A DNA stretch of 62,591 nucleotides. Origin: Chiloscyllium plagiosum (Eukaryota). The stretch covers positions 88,279,393 through 88,341,983 of the forward strand of contig NC_057719.1 in assembly GCF_004010195.1 (NCBI RefSeq), read 5' to 3'. The notes beneath the pieces are model-generated. The model was not told the DNA's origin. It saw only the letters and a list, made by a program, of their open reading frames with translations, and did no database searches. Shown here piece after piece: positions 25,190 to 38,363 of the stretch. The stretch's first letter is position 1. The number at the start of each line of letters is the position of its first letter. Both the position numbers and the translations under genes were made by a program.

Positions 25190-26874
25190 CTACCCAAGAA
25201 GGGGGAAAAAAAAAAGAGAAAAAGAAACAACAAGTTATCAGCAATAATCTCAGTGTACAATGGAGCACACAACCCCAGCGAGTCCAAGACTCAATTCAGA
25301 GCTTTACTCGTGAGTTCAGTAACACTGCTCGATAGAATCATAGCCAATGAATTAACTGCACTTTTCCCCCTCCAATATAATTTCCTATATTCTTCTCCCC
25401 TCCTGTTCTTCTTTATTCATGGGGTATTTATTGAAGAATCACAGCAGATTTGAAACATTAATTCTCCTTCTCTCTCTACAGATGGTGTTAGACCCAATGA
25501 GTTTCTCCAGCTGTCTTTATTTCAGATTTNNNNNNNNNNNNNNNNNNNNNNNNNNNNNNNNNNNNNNNNNNNNNNNNNNNNNNNNNNNNNNNNNNNNNNN
25601 NNNNNNNNNNNNNNNNNNNNNNNNNNNNNNNNNNNNNNNNNNNNNNNNNNNNNNNNNNNNNNNNNNNNNNNNNNNNNNNNNNNNNNNNNNNNNNNNNNNN
25701 NNNNNNNNNNNNNNNNNNNNNNNNNNNNNNNNNNNNNNNNNNNNNNNNNNNNNNNNNNNNNNNNNNNNNNNNNNNNNNNNNNNNNNNNNNNNNNNNNNNN
25801 NNNNNNNNNNNNNNNNNNNNNNNNNNNNNNNNNNNNNNNNNNNNNNNNNNNNNNNNNNNNNNNNNNNNNNNNNNNNNNNNNNNNNNNNNNNNNNNNNNNN
25901 NNNNNNNNNNNNNNNNNNNNNNNNNNNNNNNNNNNNNNNNNNNNNNNNNNNNNNNNNNNNNNNNNNNNNNNNNNNNNNNNNNNNNNNNNNNNNNNNNNNN
26001 NNNNNNNNNNNNNNNNNNNNNNNNNNNNNTGTTGTCGTGTTTTCTGCAAGACTGATTGCACTTTAAGAAGTTGTTTCACGGGCCATAAAGTAGTTAAGGA
26101 TGTTTTGAGGTGCTGTACAAATGCAAGTCTTCCAATCGACCTTACAACCACCAGTGAAACTGACAAATTTCCAAATGTGTTTGAAAATCTCAAAAATACT
26201 TGGATTCTGTAATTTGTCATTTAAAAATTTACCACTAATTAATTTTTCAATAATTAAGAATGTTCTATGCATTTATCTTGTTATTAAACAGCACTTTTGT
26301 TTTTTTTAGGGTCATTCATGCCAGATTGAAATGATTTGAGTAAATATCATTTTTGATTAGTTTACTCTTTGAACCATCAAGGAATATTGCAGCACAGAAG
26401 TAATCCACTCAGCCCATGTGGGTTTCTTAAACAAGATAGCCAGTTACCTTGCAGATTTTCCATTTCAGGTTTATTCTTTGCACGACTTCAAATTGATGCT
26501 AGAACAATGTCTATTAATTATCATTCTTTTAGTACACTGTAGTTTGCGTGTTTTGTACTTCTTATGCACTTTATGCTGCCCTTTGTATGATCGTGTATTT
26601 TGTGCTGTCCATGTAGCACCTGGTTCTGGGGGAATGCTGTCTCTTTTTAACTGTATCAGTTGTATATGGTAGAAATGACAAATAAAGTGTTCTCATTCTC
26701 GCTGTCACTCTCTCTCTCTGCTCCAATTTTCTTATGAAAATAACTAATAAACCTGCATCTGTCATCCTTTCAGGCAAAGCATTCCAGATAATAGCTAAAA
26801 GTGCCTCCTCATCTGTATTCTTGTTGTCTTGCCAGTTATCTTAAATCAGTCATTTCAGAGTACAGATTTTAGTA

Positions 26875-27165
26875 GGTGGTTCAGTGGTTAGCACTGCTGC
26901 CTCACAGCACCAGGGTCCCAGGTTCAGTTCCAGCCTTGGGCAACTGTCTGTGTGGAGTTTGCACATTTTCCCTGTGTCTGCGAGGGTTTCCTCTGGGTGC
27001 TCTGTTTTCCTCCCACAATGTGCGGGTCAGGTGAATTGGCCATGCTAAATTGCCCACTAGCGTTAGTGTTAGGAGGGAAATGGTTCTGGGTGGGCTACTC
27101 TTCAGAGGGGACTGGTTGAGCCAAAGGACCTGTTTCCACACTGTAAAGAATCTAATCTAATCTAA
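26875..27165 (+). mobile_element. HE1-like V-SINE
   Basis: tRNA head, V-core, tail cctgtttccacactgtaaagaatctaatctaatc. Confidence 0.85.
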
Positions 27166-27989
27166 GTATTGTAAAAAAAAATGTTGTCAAAGCTTTTCTT
27201 CTTGTGCTCATCAGCACAATTATCAGGAAATGAATGCATGAGAGGAAAGTGCTGAATGGTTGATTTGGTTCCTGGAGACAGTACCTTGAAGAATACACCA
27301 GCTAGTGAATTGACAGTTAACAGCCAGGCTTTGTTAAATTTTAAACCAGACAGATTGACTCTGGTTGGGGCATTGCCCCAAGAGGTGAACCAGAGAATGG
27401 CTGTTACCCATTTTGTTGAATTGAAACGGGCCCCAGTGCGCACACATGTTCTTTCTGTCTGAAAAGAAAGTGTATTCATGTTATGTAGCTTCAAATACTT
27501 GCAATTGTGTCACACTGAGACCAAGTTTCAGAATCCTAAATTGTTTGTCAGTGTAATACTTCACACGCTCAGGACTTTTGCAGCAAATGTTGTCTAATTG
27601 CAGAATCACAGCTAATGTTTGACGTAGAGTCATAGAAGGTCCAACTCATCCATGCTGACCAGATATCCTAAATTAATCTAGTCCCATTTACCAGCATTTG
27701 GCCTATATCCCTCTAAACCCTTCCTATTCATAGAGTCATTGAGATGTACACCACAGAAACAGATCTTTCGGCCCAACACAACCATGCCAACCAGGTTTCC
27801 TCAACTAAACTAGTTTGATTTGCCTGCATTTGCTCCATATCACTTTAAACCTTTCCTATCCACGTACCTGTCCAAGGTCTTTTAATGTTATAATTGTACC
27901 TGCCTCTGGCAGCTCATTCCATACATAACTAGAGACAAAAACAAGCTGAAATAATTACTAAATTGCACAATAATTAAACACAATAAGGA

Positions 27990-28118
27990 GGAGCAAATTA
28001 CTGCAGATACTGGAATCGGTACTGAAAACAACAAATGCTGGAGATCACAGTTGGTCAGACAGAATCCATGGAGAGAGAGCAAGCTAACGTTTCAAGTCTA
28101 GTTGACTCTTCATCGGAG
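27990..28118 (-). mobile_element. Family C Penelope terminal-repeat fragment with near-intact hammerhead
   Basis: Minus strand gct CCGATGA a gagtc aacta gactt GAAA c GTT agc (one core substitution). Confidence 0.65.
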
Positions 28119-29242
28119 CATCATTAAACCAACAAGTTTGATTATATCTTTTACAATCAGTTTTATAATATAAACATCAAATCACACTGACCTTTGCCCT
28201 ATTACTGAAATAACATTAAGAAATATATACTCAGGGAATGAAATTACATATAATAAAATTAAATTATTACAGATATACTTTTTCAATTCTTGATCTGAAG
28301 GTGCTGGCTTTGATTATTGGTCAGGTTTCACACTACTCACCACTCAGTACCTTGCCCAAGTGGTCATTCTTGGGAACAGATTTTACACAACCATCTCCAA
28401 TATAGAAATGATAACTAAAAAAATCCTTTGTGGTTGTACCCATCCAGATGCCTTTTAAAATAGCCTCTACCATTTCCTCTGGCGGCTCAATCCATACATG
28501 CAGATATGGTGTTATAAGGTTCCCAAGCACTGAGTAGTTGGGCATGATCAGTGCCTTGCCTGTTGTGAACAACCGATGGGATATGTTATTTCATACAATC
28601 CGCCAGTTTTGTACAAATCCCACATCAAATCAGTACTGAATTCATATATCACATTATTTGTTTGTTTGATAGGCAGAACATCTTTTTGACTTGACAGTAG
28701 CATTCCTTTAGTGGCAGAGACCATTGGTGGTACTACTTTATAGCAGAGTGATACCCTATCCTTCTGGGGTAATCTGAGGTAGACTGGGCACTTTTCAGGA
28801 CCAACAGTCGCCATGTTTAAGTTCTGTTCATGAGTTTACCAAATACACTGCAAGTAATAATCTGATCAGGATAGCCATTATCGCACCCTATTTTAGCATC
28901 AAGTTTGCACAGTGAAAAAAATAACTCCGGCCCTATTTACAAAGTTTCCAAGATGACCAAGATGTGGAACAGTAAGAATCCCAATGTATATACTGACCAG
29001 TGAAGGTAGTTTTGTAGTAGGCAGTCATACAGAGCTCTCCTGGCCGATTTCTCAACTAGGTAATTGAAGATAGGGAGCTTATTTGACTGTTGCATTTCAG
29101 ATGTGAATTTTAGTGTCCAATGGTGCCCCTTAAAATATATAAAGAAATTCTGACATGCAGCTGCAGACTCAAATATAGCAAAACTATCATCTATATCTCA
29201 GAAATATGCAAGGAATAAGAGGTTAGGTGTCATTCCATTGAA

Positions 29243-29462
29243 GTAAAAACAATGACTGCAGATGCTGGAAACCAGATTCTGGATCAGTGGTGCTGGAAGA
29301 GCACAGCAATTCAGGCAGCATCCGAGGACAGACAAAATCGACGTTTCGGGCAAAAGCCCTTCATCAGGAATAAAGGTGAAGGGCTTTTGCCCGAAACGTC
29401 GATTTTGCCTGTCCTCGGATGCTGCCTGAATTGCTGTGCTCTTCCAGCACCACTGATCCAGA
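29243..29462. mobile_element. Young 220-bp palindromic family A insertion with 14-bp TSD and an intact hammerhead core on the - strand
   Basis: TSD GTCATTCCATTGAA (29229-29242, 29463-29476); 86-bp inverted arms 29278-29363 and 29377-29462 with one mismatch. Confidence 0.92.
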
Positions 29463-30741
29463 GTCATTCCATTGAACTCATGACTCTCATAGAATCCAAC
29501 AAAAATATTGTTGAGCGATGGGTGGAGCGGTGATCCCATCTATTTGGGCATGCATTGTGTATTTTTAAAAACTCAATTGCACGAGTTTGTAGGTTCCATG
29601 AATACTGGCTTTCAGAATGGTAAACTTTAGACAAAGCTGACTGTTAACTGGCAATCATCATTCATTGGTGTATTCTCCATGGAAACGCCTCTACTAATGA
29701 CAGCCCACTAGCCAACATGTCAGCAGTCTACACTGTTGGAGTATATGTGTTGGTATCCCCCTAGAATTGGTATTTTTGGGACGTGTCCTGTTGAGTGCAA
29801 CATGAAAAATTTTGACTAAAAGTGCCTTTTTTCAGCAATAATTTAAATCTGTGACCTCTGGTTAATTAAACTTAGGTGTTTACGCGTAGTTTTCCAAATC
29901 ATTTTGTGTAGAATGTTGCAAAAATTGTGAGCCAGTAATATTGCAGTGTGTAAAACTGGGCATCTGTGAAGTGGGAAGCCACTTTCCCACAGAATCAGAC
30001 TGGAGGTTTGGGAAAGTAGCTGCTCAAACTCTGAGAAGAAAGGTGGATTACAGTAAGTCATTTCAATGTCAAATCAAAGACAAATGGGAAATAAGGACAG
30101 GGAAATTAAGGAGTGGGAAAAATTTAAATACTAATGAATATATATTGGACATTTTCAAAATTTTCAGTGATGAACTTGCAATAATTTGTCATTGTTAATT
30201 TCAGTGCAAGAGTTTGGCTGCAAGCAATCAAAATTATCATGATGTTGTGGTGATATTTGGACTGGAATTCGCTTCATGTGACATGCATGTGTCGTACCTA
30301 AAATGAAATTCAGCAGCTTCATGAGAATTAATGCATTTGCATTGCCAGTTGATCAGTGCGTTGAGGTTTCTTAAAGATAAAGGCAGTGGCACAACTCTAA
30401 CAGCAAATTTTGGATAGCTCTATTCAATTGCACATATACTCTTTGCCTAAACTGTCTGTGAAATAAACTATAGGGAATGCCATTCACCTCACCGTTACTT
30501 TCATTGCCAATTTTGCACCAATGTGGAGGAGTCCAAAGTAGGTGTTAAAATTATAAGTTATGACTAATCAATCCAATAAGAAGTTCAGGAGAAACCTCTT
30601 TCAAAATTGATAGGTTGAAATGTGAAACTTGATTCAACATAGAGTGGTTGAGGCACGTGCATCTAGGAGGAATCTAACTATGAGAGAAAGAAAACAGGAT
30701 ATTCTGATTGGGTGAAGTAGTGAGGGTGGAAGTAGCACGGA

Positions 30742-31196
30742 CTATTTGGGTTGTCTGGACAGTAATTTTTTCCTTGTCTCTTTCTCCATTGACAGCTCCT
30801 CTCCTGTTTTGGGAACCTTCAGTGTTAATTTGTACAGATTGATGTCAGCCCTCTGGTTTCTGTAAATAATGCGGGAGTTGAAATATTGTGGGATAATCTC
30901 CTCATGGAATTTGTGAGCTGCACAACAGCCCCCTAACTCTGTTGCGATGTAGATGGTTGTTCGCTGGTTGCTAAGGTGTCGCAGTGTCTGCAGCAGCAGG
31001 GGGAAATCTGATGGATAATACACAATGTCTGAACCCAGGATTATGTCATAGTCACTGGGGAAGTGCACTTGGTCAAAGCCCCAGGAAAGAGCTCTGATTT
31101 TTGGAAGGTGTCTGCAGGAATCAGGGACATTGACTGAAACGTTGTACTCAATTTGCTTCAAAGCTTGGATCTGATCCGTCAAGGTTACCTCCCCAC
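30742..31196 (-). CDS. EEF1AKMT3/METTL21B-like methyltransferase, terminal coding exon
   Basis: GGEVTLTD...RALSWGFDQVHFPSDYDIILGSDIVY...FPLLLQTLRHL matches human METTL21B (GGDVTITD...[26 protein letters not shown]...FPLLLGTLQHL); acceptor cttctttag, phase 1, stop TAG. Confidence 0.93.
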
Positions 31197-31516
31197 CTAA
31201 AGAAGAAGCAACAGAATTAATTCATCTTTATGTCCCATCATGGAGACCCGTACCCCAGTTAACAGTCACAGGGAAGCGGTATGAAACAGAATAAGATAAG
31301 GAAAATATTATCTCTAGGCTTTCACAACCTTTGGATGTCCCAAATCCTTTCCAAGAAATTAAGGACTTTGGAGCATCCTGCTGAAGGGTGTGGGAGAGCC
31401 AATTTGCGAATAGAAACTTCCACAGCCTGGAATGAAAGCTGTGTTGAAATATCTGATTCATTGGTGTTGGTCAAGGGACAAATGTCAGAGAGGAGTTGCC
31501 TACTGTTTTCCAATTA

Positions 31517-31840
31517 AGATTAGATTAGATTAGATTCCCTACAGTGTGGAAACAGGCCCTTTGGCCCAACCAGTCCACACCGACCCTCCAAAGAGTAACC
31601 CACCCAGACCCATTTCCCTCTGACCAATGCACCTAACACTACGGGCAACTTAGCACGGCCAATTCACCTGACCTGTACATCTTTGGACTGTGGGAGGAAA
31701 CCGGAGCACCCAGAGGAAACCCACGCAGACACGGGGAGAATGTGCAAACTCCACACAGACAGTCGCCTGAGGCTGGAATCAAACCTGGGACCCTGGTGCT
31801 GTGAGGCAGCAGTGCTAACCACTGAGCCATCATGCCGCCC
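31517..31840 (-). mobile_element. Full-length HE1-like V-SINE
   Basis: (TTAGA)n tail, CR1-derived 3' end, V-core, tRNA head. Confidence 0.9.
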
Positions 31841-32587
31841 ACCTGAGCCTATTTTAACCAGGAAGAGTAAATGGAGCCTTTGGTTTACTGTGTCAGGTGA
31901 ATGGGCAGCACTTTCTCGTTCCTACATAAAAATGTTAGCCTGGGTTTTGTGCTCACAGGTCTAGAGGGGACTTGAACCCATAACCTTCTGACCCAAAAGC
32001 ACCTCAAGGCTGACAGAAAGCAGAGAGAGAATGAGTGAGTGTGTGTTATAGGACAAAAGCCTGTGGCAGGCAGAAATTGTCAGACTGTGTGTGAGATTAA
32101 TTCAGAATCCCACTCACAGAATTCACGCACAGATCTCAGCCGGCACTTCCTCTGTATAACCTGAGAGTATAGTGAAAGTCGAAGTGGGACTTCCTTGTGT
32201 AAATTGCCTGTCGTGTTTCTATAATGGAACATAACTTCAAAAGCACCTGTTGGTATATTGGGAGTGTAGGGTCAGGGTGGTTGGTGGGAATTGGTCATGT
32301 GACAAATTTTCCAGATTACCTTAAATCAGAGTTGGCCATCTAGTCCCCACCCACCCCATGCAAGCAACTGATCAGGAGATGGAGAGTTGAGATCAGGGTT
32401 TTGCTCCACTAAGATTCTGACCACAAGAAATGCTGATCTTTAGTTGATGCATTCTCCCAACAGGAGCCTGATTGTCTAGATGAATATTCCCCTTTTAATT
32501 GTCCAAAGCATGAAGCATAGGGGAGGGGGGTCTTTGAACATATTAATCTGTGCTGGCAAACACGAAAATGCATCTTCTGGTAATTCA

Positions 32588-32785
<198 letters not shown>

Positions 32786-33237
32786 TTAGTTTGGGCACAT
32801 TGTTGTAACAAAACATCAGGTAGCAGTGCAGTAGTGGAATGATGGGTTTCCAACCATTCTTAAAAATCATGCTATGGAGATGCAGTTAACACTTCATCCA
32901 GTTACAATAGAACCTTGACTAGATGGGCCGATGAGCCGAGGAAAAGCAGATGAAATTTAATTTAGATAAATGTGAGGTGTCGCTTTTGGTAAGGCAAATC
33001 AGGGCTGGACTTGTACACTTAATGGCAGGGTCCTGGGAGTGTTACTGAACAAAGAGACCTTGGGGTGCAGGTTCATAGCTCCTTGAAGGTGGAGTCAAAA
33101 GTAGACAGGGTAGTGAAGAAGACCTTAAGTACACTTCCTTAAATGATCAGGATTTGGAGATGCCGATGTTGGACTGGGGTGTACAAAGTTAAAAATCACA
33201 CAACACCAGGTTATAGTCCAACAGGTTTAATTGGAAG

Positions 33238-33276
33238 CACACTAGCTTTCAGAGCGACGCTCCTTCATCAGGTGAT
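33238..33276 (-). ncRNA. Minimal type-I hammerhead ribozyme motif (family B), within insertion ~33153-33297
   Basis: Minus strand cac CTGATGA a GGAGC gtc GCTCT GAAA g CTA gtg: stem I cac/gtg, stem II, palindromic AGCT stem III. Confidence 0.7.
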
Positions 33277-33782
33277 TGTTTATCAGGTGATAGTGGACTA
33301 TCAGTGCATTGAGTATAGGAGTTGGGATGTCATGCTATGGCTGGACAGGACATTGGTTAAGCCACTTTTGGAATACTGTATTCAATTCTGGTCTTCCTGC
33401 TAATAGAAAAGATGTTAAACTTGAAAAGGTGCAAAAAAGATTTACAAAGATGTTGGCAGGGTTGAGGGTTTGAGCTATCAGGAGAAGCTCAACAGACTAG
33501 GCGTATTTTCCCTGGAGTGTTGGAGGCTGAGGGGTGACCTTATAGGTGATTATAAAATCGTTAGGGCTTGGTTAGGGTGAATAGTCAAGATCTTTTTCCC
33601 AGGGTAGGGGTGTCCAAAACTAGAGGGCATAGGTTCATGGTGAGAGGGAAAGATTTAAAAGGGACCTGAGGTGCAATATTTTCATGCAAAGGGTGGTACG
33701 TGTACGGAATGAGCTGCCAGAGGAAGTGGTGGAGCCTGGTACAATATATTTAAAAGGTATCTGAATGGGTACATGAATAGGA

Positions 33783-33905
33783 GAAAGTGAGGATTGCAGA
33801 TGCTGGAGACCAGAGTTGAAAAATGTGGTGCTGGAAAAACACAGCAGGCCAGGCAGCATCCGAGGAGCAGGAGAATTGACGTTTCGGGCATAAGCCCTTC
33901 TTCAG
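33783..33905 (-). mobile_element. Family A monomer with intact hammerhead core and ~20-bp TSD
   Basis: TSD GAATGGGTACAT(G/C)AATAGGA at 33763-33782 and 33906-33925; minus strand CTGAAGA a GGGC ttat GCCC GAAA c GTC. Confidence 0.85.
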
Positions 33906-35204
33906 GAATGGGTACATCAATAGGAAGGGTTTGCAGGGATTTGGGACAACTGCTGGCAAATGGGACTCGATTAACTTAGTATATATGGTCGGCATGGACA
34001 ATGGAATGAAGGGTCTGTTTCTGTGCTATACATCTCTATGGCTCTATGAATTTACTGTCATGCAGGTGCAGCGATAGAACAGGAGTTTTAACATACAGAG
34101 AAAGACCATTCAAACCATACACCTCCACCAGCTGTTTGAAAGAGCTATCCAATTATCTACTCTCCCTGCATTTTTCCACTCTTGAGCTATGACTTAGTAT
34201 GTCTTGTATGTAAGGCATTATGAAATGGATAAGCTTGTGAATGAAAATGGAATAAAAGGTTCTGCTGATAGGATTTGGGGAAGAGAGCTGTGAATCAGGC
34301 CCTTCGGCCCAACTCATTGCTGACCAGGTTTCCTAAACTGACCTTTCCCATATGCCAGCATTTGGCTCTTATCCACGTACCGCCCAAATGTCTTTTAAAT
34401 GTTGCAATTGTACATAACTATACTGCTTCCTCTGGCAGCTCTTTCCATATAAGCACAGTCTTGTTAACATCCTTGTCAATCTTTTTTGCACTCTTTCCAG
34501 TTTAATAACATCACATGGAGCATAAACACCAACATTAAACGTTTGAGGCAGAATGCCTGTTTTCTTGTGATGTAATGACCAAGCAGCCTATTATGGTATG
34601 ATTTATCCTTTTGTTCTGTCTTCTGGATGAATGTACCCTTCCCAACGCTTTAGAGTTTTGAGGCCTTATGTTAGAAGATTCCTGGCAAACTCTGACTATA
34701 GTGCACCCTATCTCTTTAACAACCTCTTCCGTATTCAGGAAAGCATAACACCTTGGGTTTCCATGCTGGACTTCCCTGAGGGAATCTAGGACTGGGAAGC
34801 ACAATTTCAGAATAATATCTAAGAATTTATCCCATTCTCTTTGTAAAGTTGCTATTGTTAGGGCTTCCACAACTCTTTTATGTTATGCATTCAAGACTTC
34901 TATATTCATCTAAACAATGTTAAAATGATTTTGGTAATTTATGGAGAGCTTAGAGAGGAGCAACAGTCAGCTTGAGTCAGAGGCTAGATTTAAGATGGAA
35001 ATGAGAGGCTTCTTCTTTTAATGGGTTTTAGAGTCTCAGACCTTGACTGTAGTAGAGGCCAGGTTATTGTATATATTCAAAGTTGAGTTCAATAGATCTT
35101 TGACCAACAAGAGAGCAGGACAATTCGAGAAGGGTGGATTGTTAGTGCTGTTGGGAAGAGTTCAAACTACTTTGGCAGGGGAATTGGAAGCAAGATGTAT
35201 TTTA

Positions 35205-35530
35205 AGGAAGTGGTATTAACGCTGGACTGTTAATCCAGAGACCCAGGTAATGTTCTGGGCAGCTGGGTTCGAATCCCGCTGTGGCAGATGGTGGAATTTG
35301 AATTGAATAAATATCTGGAATTAAGAGTCTAATGATGACTATGAATCCATTGTCGATTGTCAGGAAAAACCCATCTAGTTCATTAATGCCAATTAGGGAA
35401 GGAAATTGCCATCCTTCTGGCCTACATGTGAATCCAGACCCACAGCAATGTGGCTTACTCTTAACAATTAGGGATGGCCAATAAATCTTGGCCTGGCCAG
35501 CGATGCCCTCACCCCTTGACTGAATTTGAA
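35205..35530 (+). mobile_element. tRNA-derived SINE with 3' tail shared with the L2/CR1-group LINE
   Basis: B-box ggttcgaatccc; tail aattagggatggccaataaatc..ggccagcgatgccc as at ~6375-6420. Confidence 0.7.
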
Positions 35531-35566
35531 AAAAGAAGTTGCGAGAATGATTAGGAGAGATAACAT

Positions 35567-35683
35567 GGAGGTGCCAGTGTTAGACTCGAGTGGACCAAGT
35601 TGAAAATCACACAACGCCAGGTCAGAGTCCAACAGTTTATTTGAACCTACAAGCTTTCAGAGCACTGCTCCTTCATCAGGTGG
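35567..35683 (-). mobile_element. Family B terminal-repeat monomer with hammerhead core
   Basis: Minus strand ac CTGATGA a GGAGCA g TGCTCT GAAA g CTT gt; homologous to 33153-33276. Confidence 0.75.
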
Positions 35684-36090
35684 GAGAGACACATAGCACA
35701 TGTGTAAGAAATAGCAAAGTATTAGGTGGAATCAGATTTAGGGGAATATAATAACTGTGCACATATGTAAATACACATATGTAATAAATAAAGTTGATGA
35801 GCTTTCGTGCAGATATCCACATGAGAAAGAAAATGGATGGGGCGGGAGTGGCTTTCATTAGTTAAGGATTATATTCCAGTGCTAGAGAGAGTTGTCCTAG
35901 GGGAGTCCAATAACAGGATCTGATTGGTTCAAGTTAAATGGTAGAGATACAATTACACTACTACTACAGTTACACTACTATGTATTGCAAAGGGCATAAA
36001 CTAGTACGAAAAATGTAGAGGAGAAAACTTGCAAGGAAATTATAGAGAATGCACACATTTATGATGAGTAACTTAAATTATCCTAATATA

Positions 36091-36173
36091 TAACTTGGAG
36101 GTGCCGGTTTTGGACTGGGGTGCTTCCAAATAAACCTGTTGGACTATAACCTGGTGTTGTGTGATTTTTAATT
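36091..36173. mobile_element. 83-bp family B insertion with inverted segment and 13-bp TSD
   Basis: TSD TTATCCTAATATA at 36078-36090 and 36174-36186. Confidence 0.8.
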
Positions 36174-36779
36174 TTATCCTAATATAGAATGGGATGGTAA
36201 AAGTGTAAAGAATTGAGAGGAGGACTAGTCTATAAAATAGAAACAATATGGAACTACAACGTATCAGGTTTTATAAACAGTTAGACTTTAATTGCCTCTT
36301 GAATTTCAAGCTAAAATGGAGTTTGACTACTAGAGGACAGTTAATCAGTGTTGCTACTAGGACAGGGTGAAGTGTAATTGTGGATGGGAGTTTTGGCCAT
36401 TTTAAAAGTTAAATGAGGGACATTTTCTGTGATCTAAACTACATGTTACCTACGAAAATAGTCAATGCTGTGTTTAGTTTATTTGTTACATTAAAATCTT
36501 AAAACTTGAAATCATATGTAATCCTTTAAGCCAGTCACTGGAAGTTCAAATCCCTTTGTAAACATCATCAGTCTCTATAGAGATTATAACAAGCTAGAGT
36601 ATGAGAAGAAACTGGCAGCTAAATGAAAAGGGAATCCAAAAGTCTTCTACAGGCATATAAATAGCAAAAAAAGTAGCAAGATGAGAAGTGGGCTTTATTA
36701 GGACACAAAAAAGATGGATCTACACAAAGAAGCAGAGGGTATGGCTGAGGTTCTAAATGAATAAACTGAAGAACTACAA

Positions 36780-37275
36780 CTTTCCAGCAGATTTCAGAAA
36801 CAAAAACAGAAATTGCAGGAAAAATGCTCATCCTATTTTTTGCTTGGGAACCCTACAGTCTTTAGGACTCAATGTCAAGTTCAATAATTTTAGGGTCAGA
36901 GCACCTTCTTCCTTGTCCTTAGCGCAACCAGTGTACACCAGGCCTTGTCATCACATGGGCTGTTATCACAAACAAACCCATTTTCAGGTACTAAAGGTCT
37001 CCATTAGTAGCTCGCGATTCTTCTAGGCTGACTATTACCCATTCCTTTGTCTGCTAAACTATTGTTCTCTCCCTCTCTTTCTACCACTACCTATAGTTTA
37101 CTTCTCTTCCCTAACCCCCTACCCTCACCCCAGCTTCAGCATACATTACCAACCTTTTCCCAGCTACAATCAGCTGTAAAGAAGAATCACTGAACCTGAA
37201 ACGTTAACTCTGCTTTCTCTCCACAAATGCTGCCAGACCTGCTGAGTTTTTCCAGCAATTTCTGACTTTGTTTCT
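36780..37275 (+). mobile_element. Old Penelope-like 3' fragment with decayed terminal repeat
   Basis: IFCLGTLQSLGLNVKFNNFR resembles the PLE ORF C-terminus; tail ctgaaacgttaactctgctttctctccacaaatgctgccagacctgctgag. Confidence 0.65.
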
Positions 37276-38147
37276 AAATAAATGGATCTGTCCTTCCCAA
37301 GCAGAAAGATGTTTCCAAGTTATCGTGAAAGAGTGCAAGTTTGAAACTGGATAGAGTAATAAACAAGTTATTAGAAAGATTGACTGTAGTAACATTGATA
37401 AATCACCAGGGCTGAATGGGATGTATCAAAGATACCAAAGTAAGTAGGCATGGTTATAACCTTTCAATGTTGCTTAAATATGGGTGGTGCTAAGTTTACA
37501 AATATTACACCCTTGTTCAGAAAAGATTGTAAAGTTAAATCCTGCAACTACAGCCCAGTCAGTTTAACTTTGGTGATTGGAGAAGGCAGTTAGAAGCAAT
37601 AGTTCAGGACACAATTAACAATCACTTGGACAAATGAGTTTAATTAAACCAACCTGGATTTGTTCAAAGCATGTTTAACTAATTAGACTGAAAATTTTGA
37701 TGAAGTTACAGAGAGGATCAATGGGGGTAATGCAGGTGATGTGAAAGAGTAGTGGGAATCTGTTGCGTTTTAGGTTAGAAGGAGATAAATATGGGGTTCC
37801 ATAGGGTCTGGCACTAAGACCACTATTTTTCTTAGTACATATCAATGAAATACACTTTGATCTACAGGAACACTTTTCAAGATCTGTAGGTAAGTGAAAA
37901 CTAGAAGTATTGTGAACAGTGAGGAGGATAGTGACAGTCTTCAAAAGGACATAGACAGGCTGGTGGAATGGGTAAACACTTTGCTGAGGAAATTTAACCC
38001 AAAGAAGTTTGAAGTGATACATTTTTCTCATAAGAATTACAGACAATGGGAAATAAAGGGTACAATTCTAAAACATGATACAGCAAAAGAGATAGCTGAT
38101 TGTTGATGGTGACAAGCACGTTGAGCCAATGGTCATAGAGGCTTAGG

Positions 38148-38363
38148 CAGTGCTTCCCAAACTTTTTCCCATTGTGACCTAAATACAAGGCTTGAAAGGG
38201 ACCCATTCAATGAGAACTGTGAGGGTTATGCCTGTGAGAATGGGTGGCTGTTTGTTAGGGCAGGAGTATAGCTCCGCAAGGGCTATACTCCTGGAGATTG
38301 CAACCTCCAAATTACTGCATGCAACTCCACTTGGGGTCCCAAACACCACTTTAGGAAGACCCA
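38148..38363. mobile_element. Probable hAT-type MITE
   Basis: Starts CAGTGCTTCCCAAACTTT (hAT/Charlie-like TIR), ends with imperfect inverse actttaggaagaccca. Confidence 0.45.

Larger units (their letters stand above)
27181..29830 (-). mobile_element. Second Penelope-like element family (RT plus GIY-YIG fragments), interrupted, with 3' terminal repeat (~27181-27460) and inverted 5' terminal repeat (~29600-29830)
   Basis: MGSPLHPSLNNIFVGFYE (PLE RT motif), GPEKCPVYLRLP and SQKDVLPIKQTNNVIYEF; the two ends share aaagc(c)tg(g/a)ctgttaactg...ggtgtattct in opposite orientations; CTGATGA...GAAAAGCTTT on - at 27188-27214. Confidence 0.75.
32920..34050 (+). mobile_element. CR1 LINE 3' fragment containing two hammerhead-bearing insertions
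   Basis: LVKPLLEYCIQFWS motif and CR1 tail gggtctgtttctgtgctatacatctctatg. Confidence 0.8.

Noticed and set aside
25419-26220. ORFs of 215 and 232 aa
   Set aside because: Artefacts of the 500-N gap
28333-28420. LGKVLS followed by GTGAGT as possible VPS18 exon 2
   Set aside because: No similarity beyond LGK and wrong phase for joining the 92-bp exon
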